From the NCBI GenBank assembly GCA_003344405.1, contig NOWV01000001.1:124001-188000 (forward strand): a DNA stretch of 64,000 nt. The letters are read 5' to 3'. The stretch comes from Trichoplax sp. H2 (lineage: Eukaryota). Each line of letters starts with the position of its first letter. The stretch's first letter is position 1. Below are positions 1 through 11,142 of the stretch, piece after piece. Below the pieces are notes generated by a model. It was given only the letters and a program-made list of their open reading frames with translations, searched no databases and had not been told where the DNA came from. Both the position numbers and the translations under genes were made by a program.

Positions 1-1235
1 ATTAAGTTGAAGATATTAGACACGCAATGTACCGCAGCATTGTACAGTATTTATTTATTTCACTGTTAATAACTAATAGTTAACCATGGCTAGGGCTCTT
101 TACTATCAGAGTAAAAGAACTCTTTGTTGAAAGCGTGGTAAATAATCTTTGCAGTTACAAATGCAGTATCAATTTCGTTGCGCAAAGGCATACCACAAAG
201 ATGTACTACAGTATAGTAAATCTCTTTCCAAAGTAATTGCATGTCTATCGAAATAAACTCGCATAATTAATAAACACAGGGACTAAAAGAGGAGAGAGTG
301 TTATATTTATAAAGGTAAAAGAAAAAGCTAATTACAGATACGCCCGTATATTATACAAGACCATAGACTACTAGTCCATGACAACGTACACAGTACAGTT
401 AAAATAGCGAAATATATAAAATGCCATCGTACTGACAAAAATGGTATGATAGCAACTGCCTTGCCAATAAAACAGAAAACTATTGACGCCATTGATTGCT
501 AAGAATTTAATATTAATGTACGCGCATAGCGTTTTTTTTGTGCAGTGGCATTTCTACCTAAAGGTTCAATAAATGAAAAAATTCAGGAATATCATGCATA
601 ACCACTGTAGATTGACTGTGTTACGTTTTTTAACTCCTCAACATTCCAAACAGCTCAAATCTCCTTATGCAATAAAACTCACAGGGGCATTATAGTATGC
701 AGATAGGAATACCATCGACAAAGTGATACACTACTTGTAATACAATTTTGCTACTACCATATTATCACATGCTATCTATTACAGCCATTAATACCAAACG
801 TAGCAAACTGTAATAAACATTTTATTCTTTTTATTATTAGTCACTCTCTTACACATACACATACACATTGTATAAGCATAGGACTCTGGTGATATTTTTT
901 TAAGCTAAATTGTCGTGACTTTACAGTACAAGATAGTTAAACACTGCAAAATTTATACTAAATATTCAGTATGTCATGATGTGTTATGAATTGAGATATA
1001 CTAGTATCGCATAAGGTAACATTTTATAATCCACTTTCCCTAAATTTTCTATTAGCATTTGCGTATTTGTTTAATATTAGAAGTAGATCAATCAATTAAT
1101 ATGCACAAAGCTTCAGTTGTAAAATTAGTATACGAACAGCACGGATTATTGTCAGTTATTCAACTTTACAAGAGTAATTTATAAAAATAAATTATTTCTT
1201 TATACAAGCATTATTTTGTTAGCAATAAACTCATT

Positions 1236-3527
1236 CTAACGAATGACTTTCGCTAACTTAGAATATTCAACACTTTTAGTCTTTTTAACCTTTTCCTTTT
1301 TATCAACGGCAAAACATTTCCAAAATCGTAACGTCTCGTCTGCAGCTGCAGACGCTACAGTAGATCCATCTGGACTTAGAGTCATATATAAAACACGATC
1401 CGTGTGTCCATACAAGTCAGTGACGCGAACCATCGAAGGATACTTCCATATAGTTAGTTGATACTGAGAATACCCATGACCAGAAATTAACTCACGGTAC
1501 TCTTTCGACCATAAAATATTGCAAACCTAAGTATGTCATAAAAGTTATATATTATATGTTATAGTATGTATAAAAAAATCAACTAGTGAACAATAAATAA
1601 TCTGATCTGATCGGAATATGTGCTGGTAGTATGGTACGATCAATGGAATTTTTAGGTACAATGCATTCATAAAAGTATTAACAATGTTAAATACCCAACG
1701 AAAGACTAATATTGAGAACAATGGACAACTTATATAGCTCAATGTACCTGTGACGCAGTATCGATACTATTTAAACAACTTCCTGTAGATGCATTCCAAA
1801 GTTTAATACATCGATCAGCGGTACCGCCTCCAGTTGCCAATAAGTTATCGTGCCAAGGACACCAAGATACAGCCTAATCATGACAAGTAAAAACGTGGAC
1901 AGTAAATTAATGGAGATTGTTACAAGAGCCATGCAAAGATGATGATTAACATTCCGTACCTTAACGGCAGCTTGATGATCAGTTAACGAATGCAACATAG
2001 AATTATCTTGCCAAATCGTGACCACATTATCGTTACCACCACTAGCTAGGTATTTACCATTGGGAGACCATTTAAGACCACACACTTCTTGAACGTGATT
2101 CGATAATGTTGAAATATGATGATTTGCTACACGTACATCATGACAATGAATAGCACCACTACCAGAACCACTAGCCAGGATGTGCTCGTTCCAGCTAAGG
2201 GCTCCTATTCGTGCTGAATGACCAGACATTGATCGTAAACACTTTGATTGCCCCACATCCCAGATCTAGAAGAATTTAGTTTAGATATCAAAGATTAAAA
2301 ATTGGGTAAGCTATAACAGAATCATAACATATACTCAAGATATTTTCATCATATGATGATAGTTTAGAGGTAAGTCTATCGATAGCCAACGCTTTACTCC
2401 ATGAATTGCTCACCTGAACCGAATTTGTGCTGGTACCAACAGCTAAGTAATTTCCTTCTTTGATCCATGAAACAGCAGAGATGTAATCGTTCGTGCTTTC
2501 CATTTGCATTAATTGATGTATTGTTCCATCTCCAGCATTCCATATGTATAGCACATTTCGCAAGGCAATAGCGACATGGTTATTAACACTCCAATCTAGC
2601 AAATTTAAGTCTAAAACATACGTTGACAATTAGAGATATAAATTTAACTTTAGCTAATCTGTTTGATTGTAACGTACGACTAGTCCAAATCAATGTACTT
2701 TACTTTTAGTATAATCTAGCCAGGGATCATTCATTGCTTTATGAGTCATCTCGAATTGAACATACATATAAGTTAATAGGATACTTACAATAATCATCGA
2801 CCAGGTCAGGCGCGTCCAAAACTCTTTCAGGTGTACTGGGAATAAATCGACTGGATTTTTTACAGGATGAGCTAGTAACATTTTGCGTATACAGCACACG
2901 ATTATTATTTTGATGACCTACATCATGATGATAAAAAATGTTGTAAAATTTTCAAGGTCTTTGGGGGAATAGTGTTGTATGTTGAACTGCTGTAACACAG
3001 TTGTACAATAAAAATGAAATTTATATGGAATAAAAGACAATGTATCACTGAGTGATACTATAATTAGGGATCGTACCTTCTCTTGGTGGAGGAGCCTTAT
3101 TTTTACACGCGATAATTTTACTATCGAAATCGCAATTTAAGCTTTCTGATAGTAATTTTCTATACTCTGAGTTGCTAGGGGTAGTAGACTTACTACCATC
3201 ATCTTTGTTGGTTGAGTTCATTACCTTATGATGGCTGACGTCCATATTCATAGCGTCACGATTAGGAATAAATCGATCAGCACTAGGCGTTTTCGGCGTT
3301 TTGGATTTTCCAATTGTCGACTTACTATGAATGCCTGGCGTAATGGATGAAGGAGTTTTACCACTAGTACTCGTATTGGCCATGGCTTTGTTGGCATGTT
3401 TCTGTGGAGTAGAACCGGTCTTGGATTTTTCTCCAGTAGAGAAACAGGCGTCCCTCTTTCGTTTCCATCGTGGGGCCGGCCCTGATAATGGTTCATCTAA
3501 ATTGAAAATGCCGATATTGCTATTCAT
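1236..3527 (-). CDS. CDC20: Cell division cycle protein 20 (APC/C co-activator, WD40 repeat), 6 exons, ~499 aa
   Basis: Hand-spliced GT-AG exons 3077-3527, 2789-2917, 2414-2610, 1960-2265, 1748-1873, 1236-1526 sum to 1500 nt in one frame. Motifs: RWKRK box, C-box [27 protein letters not shown]40 repeats ([34 protein letters not shown]) and C-terminal IR tail. The start codon could lie in an unseen upstream exon. Confidence 0.97.
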
Positions 3528-3817
3528 TTCTTGCTTGCTAACCAGTATCTGATTGAAAAATCGTTCACAAAATAGCACTAGAAGTGATATAATCGCCTTG
3601 AAATGCTCTTAATATCCACCAATAGTTTCTTGATTTCAAGAAAACACCCTCGACACAGCACAGTTGCGAAATAATCGATTTAGACTGACGTTAGTACCAA
3701 GTTACTTCATTTAATGACTACACTACACTATGCTACTTACTACAAAATCATACACTACTGTACATCCGGACTGGAGGTAGAGGAGCATCAGTCACATGGT
3801 TAGTACGGGCAGTGATG

Positions 3818-3897
3818 ATTGGTTACAGGATCGATTGTATCAAGTTTGATTGGTTGAAAATGTTGGTACACGGAATTTAAAATCTGGACTTTTGCGC
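3818..3897 (-). promoter_or_regulatory. Putative cell-cycle promoter elements: two CCAAT boxes, CHR-like TTTAAA and E2F-like TTTTGCGC
   Basis: ATTGG (CCAAT on minus strand) at 3818-3822 and 3849-3853, 31 bp apart; TTTAAA at 3876-3881; TTTTGCGC at 3890-3897; all ~300 bp upstream of the CDC20 ATG. Confidence 0.45.
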
Positions 3898-4112
3898 TAT
3901 ACTGTACTATACACAGTGTACAGTACAATACTGTACAGTACAGTACTGTATGAAATACTGTAGGTCTACAGTACAGTACCTTACTGTACTGTACTGTAGG
4001 TCTACAGTACAGTACCGTACTGTACTGTAGATCGTGTACTGTACCCTCCTACAGTTCACGATCGAGAATTTTCCTTCTTGCTGTACTGTACACTGTACAC
4101 TGTACGGTATGC
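3897..4112. repeat. TACAG/CTGTA-rich quasi-palindromic low-complexity repeat between divergent CDC20 and GNAT genes
   Basis: Dense TACTGTA/TACAGTA units; includes a 36-bp direct duplication starting at 3956 and 3992 (TACTGTAGGTCTACAGTACAGTACC...), each with the palindrome TACTGTAG-GT-CTACAGTA. Confidence 0.85.
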
Positions 4113-4479
4113 CTACTCGATATTGTTCTATGTTGGCAATTCCTCGGCCTTGGTGGGGTGGAGTGAGGAGGTAAAAGCTCTATATAGAAACTTGTTTTTT
4201 ACCTCGTCATATTGCCATGTTGGAAAGAGAGAGAAAAACTTTTATGGTTATATATTAAAGTTAGGACTTTCAAGTGTTAGGAAAAGCGTAGTGTAGACTC
4301 TGCAGACACCCTACGGTATAACCTGCCGTCGAGGGTATCATAGAATCGTATAAAAGCCAGCAGTTTTGAATGCCAGTCTACTGTATTGCAAGGCAATTTT
4401 GCACACCCGACTACCTAGTCCCTACCTCGGGGCTTCTTGCTTAGAGAGCATTCGCCGGAAGCAGAAAGGTAAATAAAGG

Positions 4480-4965
4480 ATGGAAATTGTCAACGCGGTC
4501 ATACCTGATGATTTAGAGGAAATTCGTAGTTTATTCCGAGAATATGAAAATTTTCTTGAAGTGGACATTTGTTTTCAAGGATTTGAAGAAGAACTACAAA
4601 CTTTACCTGGGAAATATGCACAGCCTAAAGGAAGACTGCTCCTGGCAAGAAAGAACGACATTATTGCAGGATGTGTTGGACTGAGAGAATTGCAACCTGG
4701 TATCTGTGAAATGAAACGTCTCTATGTAAGACCAAAATTTCAAGGAAAAAACCTCGGAAGAAAATTAGTTAAAAGAATTATTCAAGAAGCGCAAAACATC
4801 GGTTACACACGGATGAGATTGGACTCTCTTGGGAAATTGAAAGCAGCCCTGTCGCTTTATAAATCATTGGGTTTTCGAGAAACCCGCCCTTATTACGACA
4901 ATCCCCTTTCCAATGTTGTCTACTTACAACTTGACTTAACTCAATTATCCAACTCAAGCGAATAA
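4480..4965 (+). CDS. GNAT-family N-acetyltransferase, intronless, bacterial-type, 161 aa
   Basis: Single uninterrupted ORF with GNAT motif A (EMKRLYVRPKFQGKNLGRKL) and motif B (AALSLYKSLGF), plus the FQGFEEELxxLPGKY and PYYDNP motifs typical of a widespread bacterial GNAT subfamily. AATAAA overlaps the stop codon. Confidence 0.93.
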   Translation: MEIVNAVIPDDLEEIRSLFREYENFLEVDICFQGFEEELQTLPGKYAQPKGRLLLARKNDIIAGCVGLRELQPGICEMKRLYVRPKFQGKNLGRKLVKRIIQEAQNIGYTRMRLDSLGKLKAALSLYKSLGFRETRPYYDNPLSNVVYLQLDLTQLSNSSE

Positions 4966-5959
4966 AATTCTCCAATCTTTATCATCGCAAATCATGGAAG
5001 AGCCAACTGCTTTCAATTGCACCAATTGCTACTGTATAATACTACAAATCAGCTTTAGAAAGTATCTCAAATGCTACCTATCAATTTACCCTTTATTTAT
5101 TATCTGTTGCTATTATACTGTACTGTACTATACAATATTCTGTATATGACCGAACTCGTCTATCATAAAATTTTATCGTCTGCCAATAAAATGAATCTGA
5201 TTATTTTTTTGGGGGAATTATAATAACTTGATTTCATTATATCGGTATATTCTGTCAACATCAGTGTTAATTCATTATTAAGATTTAATTTACATCTACT
5301 GTACTGTACTGGTACAAAGATGATAATAGATCAAAAAATTGTATCAAGTTGAATCAATCTTAGCCATTGGGTAAAGGAAGATGCAATGTAGCGATTGAAC
5401 CTCACGATTTCGTTGATATACGACCTACGAAACTTTCTCGCTTTCCTGTTGTGCAACATTATTATCATATTCTCTGTGCCGGTTGTTTTGCATGCGTTTA
5501 ATCCTATACAGAACTATCACCCATGTCTTGTACAGAGTTGACTAGACGAAAAGAGCTCTGTTTCTTATCCAATTACTCAGCAGTGGTAAAGAAACCAATA
5601 ATTAAAATAGCCTTTAAAAAACGTAGGATACATTCGTACTTCATTAATGAATTAATTCAATTTTTGAACCCACGCTTAACTGGTATGAAAGCTGAATCTC
5701 CAATGGTCGGTTCGCTCTATGCTTGGGTCTTGCAGACTTGAAGATTTAGGCATTACATGAGTCCATTTTCGGAGAAGATGCGCGTATATCGCAGTATACA
5801 GGAATCAATGTCTAGCATTGCGTACTGCCTTCTTGGAGTTCCTAGTCTCCTACTGCAATATACTACAAGTTGACCAGGATTAGACGACTAGGTCCTTGCA
5901 GACAAAGATTCAAGAATCAATTTCTCCATTTTACTGTCATTCCTGGTAGTGTATCTTGA

Positions 5960-6230
5960 ATAAACAACAAGCAACAGTCGCCTCTTTGGATCCAAATCGA
6001 CTTGGATGAAGTAAAAGAGATCCAAATCGACTTAGATGAAGCAAAAGAGCTTGTTGCAATGACACTCTAATCTGTACTATAGGACCTTGCCCTATCATAC
6101 TGTCTAGATACCTAAAAGAAACGGCAGACTTCGTCCCAACATGCATAGACAGGCTAAGCCATTCTTCCAGTTCTTCTATACTAGCTGTAAAATTGACAAC
6201 ACAGCAATCTTTAAATTGCTGTACTAGGAA
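5960..6230 (+). pseudogene. Possible decayed F5/8 type C (discoidin) domain fragment
   Basis: One frame reads NNKQQSPLWIQIDLDEVKE(IQIDLDEAKE)LVAMTL*, matching the discoidin W-I-Q-V-D-L motif; the flanks contain stops. Confidence 0.25.
5989..6048 (+). repeat. Tandem duplication 2 x 30 bp
   Basis: GATCCAAATCGACTT(G/A)GATGAAG(T/C)AAAAGA at 5989-6018 and 6019-6048, with 2 mismatches. Confidence 0.9.
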
Positions 6231-6418
6231 GCATACGGTAGATAGTATAACCACTCAAAACATAACACGCAATACAATCGATCGTATAGAGACTGGCGGA
6301 TAGAAACTGATTGACTTGCATCACATTCCTAGTGTTGGATGTGGATGGTTGGACCACCGGCAAATCCAACCCTTAGACACCCAAAATTCCAATGCTTTAC
6401 GCCTTCAATCGTTCGAAA

Positions 6419-8969
6419 ATGGATGTAAACAGCCTTTCTTTAAATCGTATATTGGTCTTTCTATCACTGGCATTAATCTTGTGTCTAGCGGCAGTGGAAT
6501 CTTCCTCTGGAACATGCACAGCGGACAGGAATGAATGTGATGCCAATTCCGGTAAGCAATTCAAATGGATAGCATTCAACCAACTACAGTAAATCATTCA
6601 AACTGCAGTCTCCCTACACACTAATATCAATGTTATTGGTACTAGATTAAATCTATAAATTTTACCATGGATAGAAAAGCCAATAATATGATACATTACA
6701 GTACCCTAACCACCATTCGGAGATGAATGATAGTTTAATCCCTTCAGTCACCTTGGTACCTTAACTACGATGTATATAGGGCGTAGCAACTTTTACTCTA
6801 TTCAAATAATTATAGAAAAACTTCGATTCAGAAACTTGATTTATTTTAGCTTTAGTTATAGCTGTTAAAATTGGCATAATAAGAAATTATCTTCCCGTTG
6901 TTATATCTTATGCTCCATTTTTTCTATATTGGACAGAATATGTATCTTGTTCAACTCATACACGTATACAATTAATTACACACACTCTGACACTGTGACT
7001 ACCACAATGCAGCAATTACTTTAATGAATGATTTATAATTCTATTTGACTTTTGAAGAACCTATGCGTAAGTATGGGCCTTACCTTCCAAAAGTGACTAT
7101 CATCTCGCCAACGTGTATTAAACGTCATCAATTTCATTCCAACTTAATTCGAATGTTTCAACATCAAAGATATGGTGGAGAGAAAGAGCTCCTAATTTAT
7201 GATGGTGCTTGCAAATCTAAATCATCAGATGATAAATCAGTCAAATCGAAAGTAGTACTAAAAGCAATGGAAGAGGATAGTAGAATCAGATATTATTATG
7301 AGCCCTTAAAAATCAAAAAGGGCGAGGATCATGTAAAACTTGGTAGCAAAAGGAATTGGATGATTGCTAATAGCACCGGAGAAATTATCGTCCATTTCGA
7401 CGATGACGATTACTACGGTCCTAATTATTTGCAACATATGATAACAACGATGATAATGCGTAAAGCCGTGATGATCAAGTTAATAGGTAATATGATAGAT
7501 CAAGATAACAAGTTCCAATTCTATTTTAACACAATATTCGGGTTATAACATGCTTGCTGTAGCACATTGATACATGATAAATTTAGTTCAACATGTTTTT
7601 ATAAACCTCCGATCTGAATGCTTCAATTGAAACAATTTTAGCCTGGTTTATTTATGGTGAGCAGTATCAAGATGGCAGACGTACAGAATCATTCGCCTAC
7701 TATGATTATACTGTCAGCCAATCGAAAGGCTGGGGCTGGAATCTTGTTTATAGAAAGGAATTATTAGGTAATTTAAATAAAATCGAAAGCTTAAGCATTC
7801 ATTCCTATGTAAGGTTCTACGTTCTTTAGATATTGGGATAGCTATAAGTATTTGATCAGCACAACGACTCGATTCCACAGTGATTATTCCATGTTACTAT
7901 TTGGTGTTAACGTGTTAACCCTGTAACATTATTACGTTAAGCCACCTGTCTTTGTATTCATGTTACTAATGTGAAATTTTGGTGAGCCTTTCATTCGAAA
8001 ATGACATTAAGTATCACTCTCTTTACAGATCAGGTGAAATTTAGAGACGCCGATTTCATGGAAGAAGATCACTTCGTCAATACAATCTTCACGAACGGAA
8101 ACAAGTAATCTACAACACTTGCTAATTATGCGTTACACTACTATTTGTTATATCGAATATTTAGTAGCGTATTTTTATGCGAGCTTTAAGATATCTTTTC
8201 CATTTCATAATAATAATAACAATCATGTAACTTTAGAAACTTAAATATTGATAATTTTTACGGTAAATGTTCGCTTTGACTTATAGCTTAGATTTGTCCT
8301 GGATTAACATTATCCAACACATGATAGTAATTGTCAGCCATTTTTAATATTCATCTAGAGTACACTTTATGCAAGATAAAAATTTCTTAGCCATGAAGGT
8401 AAGCAATGATTTAGTTACCCAATTTTTATTATCCAATCTGAAAATAGCTACCTGAATATTTACGTAGGAAAAGTATCAGTTAAACTTTGCGCGATAGGAA
8501 AATTATCATTCAGTTTAATTTAATGCTTTATTTCATAACACTAATACTTTTAGATGGCGACACAAATTTACACGTTGGTCTCTTCATTTGATAATGTATA
8601 ATTTTGTAATGATAGTTTGTTACAGGATCGCTTGTAAGATCTACTGGGATGCCGTTATGCAAGACGTCAGGTAGCGACTATAAAATTTGTGATCGTTATG
8701 AATTACCAAGATGGCTCGCGGAAAAAAGTAAGTTGAAATTGACTTGTCAATAGTGTAAGATACTACACTAAATAAACCTTAACCATGTTATAACGAGCAT
8801 GAGTATTAACTTTAAACCGTCTCTATTCCTTTAAAATAGGATACTTTTAGTTGTATTAAGGCTAATGTAATAGCTTCAATCCACAAATTAAATCATGCCA
8901 TTTAAATTAATTCATTTAGGCTTTGGATCACAAATTAAGGACTGGATTAAAATGGTCAACACAAGATAG
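6419..8969 (+). CDS. GT-A fold (GT2-like) glycosyltransferase with N-terminal signal peptide/signal anchor
   Basis: Exons 6419-6551 (hydrophobic ILVFLSLALILCLAAV), 7058-7486 (PKVTIISPT...LGSKRNWMIANSTGEIIVHFDDDDYYGPNYL), 7642-7767, 8029-8104 (FMEED), 8359-8398, then ~8626-8728 and 8920-8969 (stop TAG, AATAAA ~8987). The junction between 8398 and ~8626 is unresolved. Confidence 0.85.
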
Positions 8970-9401
8970 CCAGTTTTATTTTTTATAATAAAATTTTGCA
9001 AGCCAATCTACTTATCATACTACCTTAGGACAAGACTTTACTGGTCGTCTGTATGAATATAGATTAGCTATATTACATAGTTAAATGAAAAGATATTTCA
9101 TTGTAAATATATACTGTAATACAAAAGTGTCATTAAAATTGAAGTATTTTTCTAATAAGAGGTTGACTTATCTTATCCGTAGCTTTCCTATATTAGTAAC
9201 AGGCAGTTTTGTTGCAATAGGACTGTCATGATCAAAATCAGAGTGATTATTTGCCATAGTAATTTTTATTTGACTGGCGGGTTAACAAGTATGACCTAGA
9301 CCAGTACCAATAGATATCCCATACTTAGTATTCAATGTAATACGAGTACAGCCCTACTAACCGTAAGTAAGAGGTACTGAAGACCAGCAATCACTACTTT
9401 T

Positions 9402-9445
9402 AGCATAGACTACTAGAAGAAGACCTGCTTCTAATAGTCCATGCT
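9402..9445. mobile_element. Tiny palindromic MITE-like element with CATRGACTA termini
   Basis: AGCATAGACTACTAGAAG-aagacctg-CTTCTAATAGTCCATGCT: 18-bp arms with 2 mismatches. Related sequences at 362-380, ~12525-12553 and ~18195-18290. Confidence 0.45.
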
Positions 9446-10813
9446 TTTAACTAGTTAGGTCTATAATCATACACAAAAGATCTTCAAGCGCTATGTACAG
9501 CATTTCAATTTATCTCTTCGAGATATCCTTCATAGTGGAGATATTCAAATGAGAACGTCCTAGAAATAATCGATCAGAAGAACATTAGCGAAATTTTACG
9601 TAAATCTTATTCTCAATCGTATCTTCAATGCTGTTATTGAGATCAAATATTTGTCGGTGTACAGCATTAGAATAGGGTTTTTATTACCCAACTAGATTCC
9701 TCAGAACTAGTAAATTAACCCTAGTTAAGATAGGTAGCTCCAGAATTAGCAAATTTTCTTAATGATCCGGCAAATGTTAAGATAATCGTAGAAATTAACT
9801 AATACGTGAGAATTCTATTATTATGGAATACAAATTTGCCATTAATATTTAACTTTCAGCTTATATATGTACGTGTATAAGCAAATGTAATGCAATTAAG
9901 CTATACGAATTGTCATGTAGTATACACGAAAATGCAGGGAAGTAGACTTAATTCAAAGTGATACTTTAGTGATTGCCAAAATCAAAACCTATAAGTTAGA
10001 ATTAATTTCTTTGCACGATCTTTTTTCATTTATGGTTTGTTCCATACTACTGTACTGTATACATCCAGTTATAAACCCCACGTCCGATATTGCAAGACTA
10101 TCACGATTGAAATGGTTCTCGTTTCACAAAATACTGTTGTCTGCGTCGTTGCTAAACTAATGATTGTTGCTTAATGAATCTTTTTGCTCTATTTCTGATA
10201 AGGTACATCTCTGTGGCGATGATGTCGTCATAGTCGATATTGCTATGTGTAATTGAGAAAAAAAAATGATTGAAATGAATCTTTTAACAAGGATATTCAT
10301 ATTTACGCTACTTGATAGCTTAAAGTCTTGTGAGACAATTGTGAAAGTAATCCTGTCCTTGCTATTTTATGATGTGAGTTTACGTAATACTATAGCAAGC
10401 AAAGATATTTCCTAAAGTTAATCATTTAACGTGCTAACATACGGATGCATTGAATACCCTTTCACAAAGATGTTACTATCTACGTGGTTAGCTTACGATG
10501 CTTAGTATAATCCTTGAAATACCCATATTTTCGTTATTTATTAGCTATCATACCTTCATATTTAAGTTTACAAGACCATGCTAATTGGAATGCTTATTCT
10601 TTCGCAGAGATACTCTGTCTATTAAATGATTGACATGCAATTCTAGAAAGAGAACTATTTCAGTTACCTTCTTGACAGATTGTTATTTTACACTATTACT
10701 ATATCGAACAGCGATGACCGCATAGTTGATGTTATCATACTAATTACTTTAGAAATCAATGCCTTCCATAAATACTAATGGCCCAGACTACACAATCATT
10801 AGCGTAAAGGCTC

Positions 10814-10887
10814 TGGCGAAATCATGGAAAATGGTCATGATTTGCCATTTAACTTGATATGGCTTAGCGCCATATCAAGTTCAAATG
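10814..10887. other. Two abutting inverted repeats (hairpins)
   Basis: TGGC(G)AAATCATG...CATGATTTGCCA (10814-10847) is followed immediately by the perfect 13-bp stem AACTTGATATGGC-ttagc-GCCATATCAAGTT (10851-10881). Confidence 0.8.
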
Positions 10888-11142
10888 TTCTCTCAAATTG
10901 ATGTTATATTAGTACTCAAAAGCAACTGAAAATAATCTTTAACAATGGAAATTCTGACATTGCCTGATTTATCGACATCATTTTGTTTGTTTTATACGAT
11001 ACCAGTTGTCTAGAAAAAGAAATGGCTAAAATATCAGGAAAAATGGAAAAATGATGATTTAAAATCTATTTGTTTCTTTCGCATCACCGTGGAAATACCA
11101 CAGTACTCGATTCCTCCGTCTTCTTTGGGCTGACCTTACTTG

